Part shown: positions 26,001 to 38,000 of the stretch, one piece after another
Layout: every line of letters begins with the position of its first letter
Numbering within the stretch: the stretch's first letter is position 1
NCBI GenBank assembly: GCA_051294905.1
Contig: CM119382.1
Span: forward strand, 22,940,001-23,004,000
Length of the DNA stretch: 64,000 nucleotides
From: Botryllus schlosseri
Lineage: Eukaryota
Direction of reading: 5' to 3'
The notes under the pieces: model-generated
Told to the model about the DNA's origin: nothing
Database searches by the model: none
What the model saw: only the letters and a program-made list of their open reading frames with translations
Made by a program: the position numbers and the translations under genes

Positions 26001-29000
26001 TGGAAACTTTCATGCAATCGTTGCCGATGTCAATCGCATTTCTTAATATACATTCAAGTTGCCTGGGACACTAGGCAATTTTTTCATAGTACAATCATGG
26101 TGGTATAGATAGTCGGAGAACTAACGTCTCTGACGCCTGGTTGACTTGTTCATGCAACTGGGTTGCAACTAGACGCATAGAACTTATCACTAGGGCAAGT
26201 TTTTGTTGCAGTTAAATCCGTGGAAATTTGCATTTATTTTTGAAAAAAGTTGCAGAAGTTGCAGTTTGACCACATTTTGCTCGGTTGACTAAAAAAAAGG
26301 TCAACTTCCCAGATTGACTAAAAAAAAGGTCAATTTTCCGGCTCAGCTCCAGAAATACCCGTAAAAGCGTTACTTCGGTGCTGATTTTCGGTGTTTCAGT
26401 CGGATTTGGCCGTGTACTTCACCAAAATCGAAAATACTTTCATGAAAAATCGAGAAAGTTTCAAAATGTTGCAGAAAGTTGCATGAAAAAATGGACGAAA
26501 GTTGCACTATAAGATTCCTTCAAACAGCTTAAAACAGCATTCTACATATCTTACGAGTATTTCGGAAGCTGTAACAAAAATTGCAAAAGTTGCAAAAAGT
26601 TGCCCTACTTATCACTTTTCAAATCTCGCAAGTACAATAAGAAGTAGACCTACTCAAAAAGTCAATAGTTACCTGATCTTCAACTAATAAGGTTGGTAGT
26701 TTGTACAAGTCTAGTTTTTTATTAAAAACAAGTAGATCAAGTTGCAAATATAGATATAGTTTCCGAACAATGTTAAAATACATGTCGTGGTTTAGCGTGA
26801 ATCGAAATACCCGTTTACTGTTGTGTGATGTTCTTGCAGTGGTTGCTAGCTCAGAGACATTTCTACTAAAAAAAGGATCACCCAAGGGTGGATTGCTGGG
26901 GTCCATACCCCCATTATTTCAATCTTGTACTGATGTTCATGTGGTTCAAAATTGGATCTTTTTAATTATCTTTCAGTTAGTAAGTTGGCATTTTTAAAGA
27001 TCGTTAGTTCTAGTTGCTAGTTTTAAAAAGGGATTAGTTCAAGTTCTAGAAACGAGTTTTGAAACGGGATTATCTCTAGTTCTAGTTATATTCGCGAGTT
27101 TCGAAAAGTGAGTAGCTTTGGATATAGTTCGAATTGCGCACGTGGAAAATCCAGTGGTTTGTGCCAGTCTGACACGAATAAGTTAGATATTACTATGAAT
27201 TTTCGCGCACATAGCGCACACCAACTCACTGTCGCTCATCTGGCCGACAATTCCGACCAGAACAGCCATCATCACGAGCGCGTAGATGATCGTCAGTATC
27301 GCGGCCACCCCTACTTGGAAGTCCTGCTTTGTCGTGTAACAAAGGATGACGTAAACGAAGATAGGGACCACAGCCAACAGGAGGGAGCCGAAAGGGTCCA
27401 TCCGAAAAACGTATTGAAATGCGCCTTGTATCACCAGGACAACCGTGGCCGGTCCAAGAAGAGATGACATCATAAGTCCTCCCTGTCAACAGAGGTAGTC
27501 AGGCGGTCAGAGCTGGTGCTCAGGTTGAAGTAGAGCTAACGCCGTAAATATTACGGATTCAAATGTAAAAATATTGATTTAAAGGCATGTGAGCAGTGAG
27601 CGCTACGTGGCATGATAACTACTCAATACTACAATACTTGATACTACAAGTCACGATAACAACTCAAGTAAGTACATAAAAAATTGATGGGGCCAAGAGG
27701 CCGGATTCTCTTGACAGTTATTCGGTGGTGGCAATTCCCGATGTCACAAGCTCTAGTTATTTAATGCAGATGTTCGCAACCTTTGTGACCTATTGACACG
27801 CTTTGGAAGGGGAAATATTTCGCGACACTCTAGCACAGTGGTTCCCAACGTGGGCGATATCGCCCCCCAGGGGGCGATTTGGCGGTCCAGGGGGGCGAAA
27901 ATGACGAAGGGGCGACAGGGGGGCGAAAATGGACCAAGGGGGCGACGGGGGGCGAAAATAGCGAAGGGGGCGATAGGGGGGCGATGACGCGTCAAAACGG
28001 CTGACCTTTTTTTTTTTTTTGTCAACCCACGGAAATTTAATTACAAAGGTGTGTCAAATTAGACATCGAGCCGCAAATTTGACCTTTTTTATTTTTTATT
28101 TTCTAGTCAACCCGCCGGTGATTACAGTTTGTATGCCCAATTTTCGGTACACAAAATTTGTGGGGCGATGATCGGTGTTGACCTTGAAAAGGGGGCGATG
28201 GGTCGAAAAAGGTTGGGAACCACTGCTCTAGCACTACCCAGGACAGAAACTAAACATTGCCAGGCCTCAATATTGGTCCTGAACGCCTATAGGATGTTCA
28301 ACACAATTCTGATAGTTAGTGAATGAACAATTCGGTCAATAATATTGGGACTTGTATGTATTAAAATCAATCTTCTATCCTATCTCAGTTCAAGTGAATA
28401 TATTTACTGGTGGAACTGAAGACTTCGATAATTTAGGGACCGTAACTGTACAGTGTACATTTCAAACCATGCTGAAGTCACACGGTGTAGATCACCCGTA
28501 CACTGAAATGCCCATTAATTACGGTCCCGCACAAGCAGGCATTTAAAAAAATCTATTGATTTTATTGTATCGTGGCATCCCATGCGTATAATCCAATCGG
28601 CACCCCTGTGTTTCGGGGGACAGCGGTTGATAACCACTGATCTCAATATACAAGAAATAAGTTGATTATTTGAAAATATCTTCCGTACCGTGTTGCAGAT
28701 GCTATTACACGCAAAAGTATCCTATATATACTTTGCACTTGTAAAAATACATAGTGATAAAGTAAATTAGTTTGTAATAATCAGGTTTTATGTAGATGTG
28801 GTAGTAGCCAGTAAAGATACGCACTTGAGTGAGCAATGCAGGTTGGCAAAACTACACGCGCTCTCCTGAATTGTACAAGTAATGCGTTACAGACCACCTC
28901 CGCATGTGAAACTACTCAGTAACAAGATACTCGGTCTCAGGCTAGTGTGCTCACCTGATAAGCGATGTATCCCAGCGAAATGTATTTGTTGTGTTTCCTA

Positions 29001-32000
29001 GCGAGTGACGCGTTCTCCAAGATCTCAAAAATGTTCGCCATAGTAGACGGGACCCACCGCCTGTAACAAATGTGACGTCACACATGAATCTAGGGTGGCC
29101 CGTATATCACCAAGTCTGACCAGACATAATCGAACAAAATTTTACATTTTAGATTACAGACGGCCTGTACTTAAAATCTCATTTTTAGTCAAAACTAGGT
29201 CAATAGAATACTTTTATTTTCGCATAGGCTACTTGAAAAGCGCTACTTCAACTTTACGACGTTACTTATACTTCTAGTTTAGTACCAGCGATGACTCTGA
29301 TCATCTTCTCTAAACGGGCCAGACACTATCTTTATCTGTTTTAATAAACATGTTTAGAATGAGAAAAATCAGTATATTGTGAATCCGAGGTCTTCGATAT
29401 CGCCCAAGAGTTTCACGTAACAGTCAAGTGATTTTACTTCGTCGAAGTACTAGAGTAGGCCTATAGGCCACGTTTGGCCTGCTTGCACTACTAACCCAAC
29501 GAGTTATGTTTATCGACTACCTCCCTTCCACTCAACATTATATAAGGTATATCTAGGCCGAAATTACTTACACTTTTACTTGAAAAACGATAGGCCTACT
29601 TCGATTTGTAATTGATTGCGAACAGTGACTACGTCGGCCTCCTCCGCTAACAATATCATATATTTCCAACTTGATATAGGTGGTTGTGTTTTCAAATTTC
29701 GAAAGAGAAAAAATAAGGCTGCTTCCAATTACCTTCGTTGATTGTAAAACTCTTTGAATTCTTCCGGGCAAAACGTAAATGAGTCTGAAAGCGCGCAGTA
29801 TTCGATCTTGTAGCCTTTTTTCAATAGAAGAGTGCAAAGCCAACGGTCTTCACCTGAACGGGAAGCACGGCTTGTAATATATCAGCTATACTAATTCAGG
29901 TTTTAATCAACTATGAGAACAACTGGCAATGACGTTTACATTTCATTCCTTTTCACTTTATTAATTTAATTGATTGTGTACCTTGATTGCATATCCGCAA
30001 ATGACTAAGCTTAATGCAATCGAATACTCCAATCTATACCTTGATCCCATTGAATGTGATGCCTAGCTTGCTTGGCTTCAGACGTGTATCTTTTCATGAT
30101 GTTATCATCCATTAATGCTTGCCCGCTGAACAAGCTGAAACATCCGGGACTACACAGAACGCACCCGAGGACGTGCTCCGCAGTTTTCTGCAGCCAATGT
30201 CCGACCGCGTATTCGAATTTCTGAAACCACGCCACCGGTCCGCTGCCTGATAAAAGAGATGCAGGGGAGACCGGGGACAATTGTAACAGTTTTTGTATTT
30301 TCGAACATTACCTGTTTTCTCGTGGATATTTCATTTCCAAACTTTTATATAAAAGAAGCCAACAACTCGATAGTTGATTAAAAAAAAAATGGAACTCAAT
30401 CAATAATCAATCATGGAAATTTTGGGTCGCGAAAATCGTCGCTCAAATGTTACAATCGCCCCGTACCCCTGGGCAATTGTAACGCCCATGCGGGGCAATT
30501 GTAACAGTGTTATTTATAACTAAAAACAAACGAAATGAACAACGATAACGGGAGCACAAATTGTACTATTGAATTAAACTAAAAAAGAGAAGTTTGAACG
30601 CTTCCAGGCTACGCCTTCGTGCCTTCTGCATGAGCTCAAAGTGTACACGAAACACATTCATTCCATCATCTCCCTACACATATTCGGCCTCTTCTAACAA
30701 GGTGCTGTAGTTCAGAGTGGATAATTGGTTGGGCATTCGGTCACCAGTGAAGGTGCAAAACCGACCTGGCTAAAATATCTTTGTTGAATGGGCCGATGAT
30801 AGTGTAGCAAAACGAGGACACAATATTGTGTGGCATCAAAGCTAATGGTATTCTTCTGTTCCGTACAAAATTAAAATAAATTGTTCACACCAGACGACAA
30901 AATGTAAGTGGGCCATGCTCAAAGTCAGGGGATGAGGATTCAGTCACGGGCAAGTTCTTAAGTGACCATTGAAGGTCGACACAACAAAAGTCGATCAACA
31001 CGAGATAGGGTAGTAGAATCACGGAAATAACCCGACCCTAAGATTCGCATCACCACTTCTGTATGGCCGTTCCGACAGAGTATCATGGTAGAATTGGTAT
31101 GACCAAGTATAGAGTCTGTTGTGATATTTAACTTCTAGCTGTTGCAAGATTTATCTGCAGTAGATAAATGGTTATACCAACGTATGAACACATATATTCA
31201 GCATTGAAAAGATATTGTAAGGGGTCAAAAGTAACAGAGTGTTACAATTGCCCCTGACACGCTCGACCATGATTAATGTCTCAGGATGGTGCATTCCCGG
31301 CGACGCGAGTCCTAGTTTCCCTATCATCACGGCAGACTATGGTAACATTGTTCCAGCTACATGTATTGCATTGCAACCCATTGAGGTTTTATTATTCAGA
31401 ACAAATTATTTCAAATCAGAAAATATTTACTCAAGGGTCCAAAATTTCGTTTTTTTGAAATAATTCCGGGGTTTCGCGTCTTAGCTCAACGTATAACTTC
31501 AGGTATATTAGAAAACATAACTACCACATGTGCACTTAAAATATGAAGGCGATTTCTTCATCCTACTAGCGGTGATGACGATTGTTACAGTTGCTCCGTA
31601 TTACATTTGTCCCCGGTCTCCCCTACAGGTTTAAGATTTTAACCTGACGGGAATCGGGTAAGTTTTCTCGAAACAGTTTCGGATTCTCATTGTTCGCCGG
31701 ACTGAACGACGAAATACCAATTTTGTGGCGACATTCATATTCCTCGAAGTTACAACGAAGTGTATGTCTTGGCCGTCCTAGTCTCGAGTCATATCACTTG
31801 GTTCGAGTCATGCAGAATGACTCGACTACAAGTCGAGTAATCGCACAAATTGACTACAGTACTGTAGAGCTTATTTTACGCATTTTACGCACTGTGTTTG
31901 ATGACTTTTTCATGCCTGCTAAAAATGTCCACTCCCATTACACGAGATCCTCGTCTAAAGGAAATATCTACTTACCCCCACCCAATAGCAACTTAACTAA

Positions 32001-35000
32001 GAGGTCCATAGACTACTCGGGACCTATCATCTGGAATGCATTACCACCACATATCCGTGAATTGCCCTATAATAGATTCAAAAAAGCCCTACGTGATCAC
32101 CTCTTATCGTTACACTAACACTGTTGCCCTGCCTCGCCCAAACATTGCTTCATTGATCATTTGCTACCATAGTTTGATTTTTCTTCTATTTTTTTTTAAC
32201 TACTGTTACATTTTTTACAGCCAGACTGTTTAGAGCAGGGGTTCTCAGCCCGCGGCCCGCAGACGATTATTTTGCGGCCCGCGACATCTTTCAATGTGAA
32301 CGCAATAACTATTGACACGGTATTATTATGGAAGACCGATGTGTCACATTTGTCGACGAACAGTTGTTGTAACGAAGCGTAGAAGCTTGAAATGACAGCA
32401 CGATAGTTTCTGCTGGAGTTATACATATCGCCTGATCGTAGAGCAAACGTTGCTAGCCATAGGTTTCAAGCCCAGCAATCCATATTTCGATGTATTTTTA
32501 CAATTGCCGACGACGTGACAGACGCATTGTTCAAAATTGCTTGGAATATAGCTAAACCCAAGAATCTGCTAGAGGAGGTGTGACTTCAATAAAACTTTAA
32601 CGTACTCTGCGAATATTCGCTGTTTCCGGAACTTAGCAGCAAGTCCAACATTAGCTGACAAACTTCGAAGCTACAGTTGTCTGATTCAACAGTCACCAAA
32701 AGAATAACTGCGATCTCAGTCGATCTTTTACCGCATGTTCTGAAACACGTTGCCACGTAGACTACTTCAGCCTTGCATTGGACGAATCCACCGACTACAC
32801 ACACATTGCATAGCTAATTATCCAGGTGCGTTTCATTAGAGTGGGCATATTTCAGAGGAAATGTTGATGGGGCAAACGTGGGAAGGGGACCAGTGAAAAG
32901 CATCAACTTGACAAATCTGACTTCTGTGACTATTAGTGTAAGGCTCCAGCCAAGGAAGGAAAGAAGAGTTGATTGGTTTGGTTTGGTTTGTTGATTGTTT
33001 TGACCTCTATGACGAAAAAGTTACCGTAATTATATACTCGCTCACACATTGAAACAGAGAGCTCGGTTCTCTGGTGGTAGGATTTGAAGGGCGCATAACT
33101 GCATACACCGACTTGGCAACGAATGCAATGTACGCTCCATGAAGGGATTTACTTGCGCCACTTGAAGATAGATATTCTCACACAAAAAAGAAAACTGCAA
33201 ACTTACGAACGCTCTCCATTAATTCATAACAATGTACTAAATACCCGTATAAGACTGGTAAATAGGCTACAGTAGCCTGAATTTAATAGTAGCCCACAAA
33301 TACATGGCGATAATGTTCTGCGGCCCGCAGCGTCTTTTGGTGTTAAAATGCGGCCCGTTATACGAGGGAAGTTGAGAACCCCTGGTTTAGAGTCAAGTGT
33401 ACCTGTTTGATGCTGGTGTGATCAGACTAGATGACCTTCACGGTCTTATCGATCATTCCTATCTAATACCGAATACTGTGCATGCATATTTTCTGTACCA
33501 CCACCACTGTCGTGTGTTATGTATTTTGGTTTGATGAAAATAAATACTCTCTCTCTCTCTCATTTGAAAAAATGACCCGAGTCAATTCGAGTCACCAAAA
33601 ATTCGTTCCTTAAGTCGGACTCTAGTCGATTCATTACAACCCTAGTTCCGAGTCAAAAGTCTATTCTGCATTTACAATTTTGACTCGAGTCAAGTCGAGT
33701 CAATGTCAATTCACTGCGGAGTCAAGTCCGAGTTGTAACAATTAACAAACGTTCGAGCCCGAGTCATAGTGTTGAGACCCGAGCCCAAGTCACAGTGTTT
33801 ACAGTTCGTATTCGACTTCAAATCAGGTTAAAGTCATTTTTATGAAGCTCTTGAGGGAAATCGATATCGTTGCATTTATAATATAGCCTACTTATGTTTA
33901 TTCATACTGATAAAGGCATTATCTCGGGGTATTTTCAGGTATCCGTCCTGATACACGTTGATTCAATCAAATCACACCGAATGTCTCGAGTGATATGACT
34001 CGGTCTAGTGATATGACTCGGTCTAGTACTGCGCAATGACTCGAGTACAAGTCGAATCAATGCACCAAGTGACTCAAGTCGAGTCGACCCATTCTCTAAT
34101 TTTAAGAAAATCGCACGAGTCAAGTCGAGTAAACGAAAAATTGCGACTCCCTTCATTGCCACTCGGCATAAGTGACTTGGTATTTGTTTAAGTTATTATC
34201 TACTTGAACTCGACTATGATCTCTGCATTGCATCACAATTTCAAAGAGTACTTGATAACAAAGTTCAATGCATTACTGGAGGCTGGTTGGCTTTGGGGTA
34301 TTCATGGTGTTTGTCGACTACTATGGTCATTTACACCAGGCCGATATTCTTTTTATCTTCGTAACTGCCGACTTAAAGCACGGCCCACCTCTAGGCTTTT
34401 GTAAGACACCGCTGACGCGGATGAGGACGCGAGGAGGAGCCTAGGTAAACCTCATACACTTAGATATCGAAATTCGGAAGTCGGACTCAAACCCGCACCC
34501 ATTGGTGTTGCAGCCGCGGATTATGCCACTGCGCTATCCCGCCACTGCATTACTGGAGGTATTAGAAATTTGTTGACGACGTGAAATGGTCAAGTAGAAT
34601 GTTGCTCAAGTGGAAGTAACGTCGTAAATTCATGCTCAAGTACAAGTGCTTTCAAGTAAATGAATACGCGAGTGTTCTAGGCTTATTATTATGCCTACCC
34701 AAAAACTGAAAACTGGTGAGGTGAAGTTGTTGTCGAAAAGGATAAGAACTGTGCAAATTGGCAAAATCCTTGCTTTCCGTTGGGCAGGTTTTATCACATT
34801 AAACACGGACAGAATTCAGTCTGATCTAACTGGATACAGACCTCGAATCATCATGATCCATAGTTATCTACGGCGCCTGATAGTCAAACATTAGTGGAGT
34901 CGCATAAATCTTGTCAACCAATCAACTCACCCACGGGGTGGATTCTGCCGCACGCCGCTCCCACGCGTTCCGGGTTTCGATCCATTCTGTCCAGGAGAGT

Positions 35001-38000
35001 GAGGAGAGATTCCGGTTGAAAATCTACATCTCCGTCAAGAGCCAGAATATAAACAGGGTCGGATGGATGCCGCTGCCTTTGTTTCGTCAAGAACCCGAGG
35101 ATGTAATACATGTACATGCATTGTGACCACCTTTTCCTGTGCCTACACACATGTAATATTAGCTATATTATATTAATATCCTTGATCGGTGGATAATCCA
35201 AGAATTATCATAAAAAAACTCAAATAACTCCGCTTCTACGGGTTGGAATTGAGTCAAATTTGTTTTGCATCGTTTTTGAAGACAGCGCAACAATTTCATG
35301 GGGTTGACCAAAAAAATTTGATTTTTTTTTTGTTTTCGTTTTTGGGTAAATTCAAAATTTTCAAACTGCGCGAAATTCACGATTACCGGTTGGAAAGAAT
35401 TCAAGTTTGGTGTGCGTCGTTTTTAACGCAACCTAAAGATCTAATCACATAGCCAGCAAGATTCAGGAAAAAAACAGCCCTAATACACAGATTTACCCAA
35501 GTCGAGAGGAATCATTTTCAATTAATAAAGTGACTCGGGTCAAGTCGAGTCAGCTACAAATTGCAACTCAAGTCCGACTCATGCCGATTAATGATTACAA
35601 GCCTGCAGTTACCCACCTTATTCTAGACTTGTCCTTGAGATGCACAACAAAGTTGTTACCGCAAGGCAGAGAGAATTCTACTCTACCGCCATACGGGGTC
35701 GTATAAAGGAGCGGCTCCTCGATATCGTAAAGTTTTTTCACCAACGGATCTAATTCTTCATCGTCCGAATTTTTCTTTTTCTTGACTTTATGAACTTTCC
35801 TGAACAAGGCTTGAATTGATGCAGTGGATAGATGTGTGACTCAGTAGCCGATGTACCACATTGACTGCTCATATTCACCATAGTGCGAACAATGCGGTAC
35901 ATTGTTTTTACTTTATAAGCTTTGGACTATGTAAGTAGTGGTTTTAGATGGGTCTGCATCACCTTTATGTATACAAAAAAGCAAAACGGGCGAAATAACC
36001 CATTATCACCGTAACTGAATATATTTTCCCACAGTCACACCTCTTGGCGGTGAAAATACGTCTTGCAATTTCAAAAGTATTCATTACCGATAAATTAAAT
36101 GCATGCGAACTGGCGACAGGATATGGTAAATGTGGTCACCATCTGTACTCAAGGAGAAGTAAAAGTAGAAATCTTTATTACCGAGTAAATAAAAATTTCA
36201 ATATTCTTAGTCTATTTTATAGTTCCGTTTGAACTAGATTTGACATGGTTCAGGAATCACCATTTCTACTTTGAGATACAGTAGAACTGCTTGAGTACCA
36301 GCACTAACTACTTTATAAGCCTCTGGCGTATCATACTTCGCGGCCACCGAGATCAGGTCGAAAAGCAGGTCGACATATTGGTTCGGCTTTTTTTCCTTCT
36401 CGTCCATCGCGTCGTCGAATATGATGTGAGCCTGTGATTAAAACCGAACTCGGAAGCGAACCGAACTGTATCAAAGGGGGCCTATTCTTACCTCGAACCG
36501 ATAGAATTCTCTTTCGTTTTCAAAACGTTGACTCTGGTCTTTGTCGAGTCTAAAAGGAGGGATAATATCATGACAAAGATAAGGTCTTGATTTACTAAGT
36601 CTCAATTTTAGCGGCACTGTAGATAGCTAAACTACGGATCGACAGTGCAGTCAGGTGTTCCTCATTTCTCTATCAGAATTGAACAAGTGCGTAATTCTGG
36701 TTGTTTAACTAGACTAATTACATCTAAATGCCTGTAATCATATTCTAATTCCTATTTGTAAAATGTTACAATGCTCTCATTTGAATTATAGGCTTATTTC
36801 CGGTTTTCCTGAAATTGCTACAGAAAAACTGTATAGGCAGAAACGAATTAAGCTTAGTGTATAGACATTTGCCATTCTCGTGCTCACGAGAATAAACTCT
36901 TTTTTGATACGAACCGAACTTTATTTGTCGTATTTCTTTATAATTCTAAGTTGCTATTTTGCGAATTCAGTAAATGGAATGATAATATAATAATAAAAAA
37001 AAATACTGCGATCTATAATTCAAATGTAATTCGGAATTGCTGAAAAATTCCCAGTTGTCCAACTCGGATCCCTGTAGGTTAGTTATCCATAGTGACACAC
37101 ATCATTACCATACTATTTACCTCATAATGCTGGTGAGCAGCTGCGTCATTTCCAACTCGGTCTCGTGCCACATAGTCGCGCACAGATACACAAACGGTTT
37201 CGTCTCACTATTTCTTCGTTTCTCATTTCTGTAAATAAAAGCCGCAGATGCCGAAATCGTTTGAAACCAGTTCTTTCAAGATACAAACTCTTTCTGCAGA
37301 CTGAGAGGTATCTGGTATTGTCGTTTGTTGAGAAGCATGTCTTGACTGATCAGTATCCCTCCAAATATTGGCTTCACGAAGATATCCATCGTTCTGAGAA
37401 AAATATGCATCCATATAGTTCGATGGTTCCCAAAGTGGGCGCCAGCGCCCCCTCGGGTTGCTAGCTACACACTGGGCAATCAGAGAGTCGCTGAGAGCAA
37501 AAATGTCGAAAATCCACTCATTAACATCTACACCTGTGCACTAATAACAGGTACATCGATATCTCGTCATGCCAATACCTGTTGTAGGCTACAAGGATCA
37601 TTCAATTTGAAATCGTCACCAACGCCCTCCATAGATATTAATTGGCATGCGACATTGAGTTTTCTTGCCAATCAATGATAACGAACGGAATTCTTAGCCT
37701 CCGAGGCTTATTGTACACTAGGGCTGTTAAAAAATTTTCAGATTTCATTGGCTATGTTAAAAATTGTCAGGTTGGTTAAAACAACGCTGCACACCAAATT
37801 GGGCTCAATTCCAACCGGTTGAAGCGATATTATTGCAGTAGAAAGTTTTTAAACTATCATTAAAAAATAAAAAAATAGAAATTTCAAAATTTTCCTGTCA
37901 ACTACATAGAATTGTTAGGCCGTTAGTAGAGATGATGCACACTAAATTTGGCTCAATCTCAACCACTAAAAGCGAAGTTATTTCAGTAGAAAAACTTCTA

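Noticed and set aside
30590-31100. Possible pogo DDE transposase remnant inside the TIR element
   Set aside because: Only a very weak NGH-like motif was seen, which is not enough to support a call.
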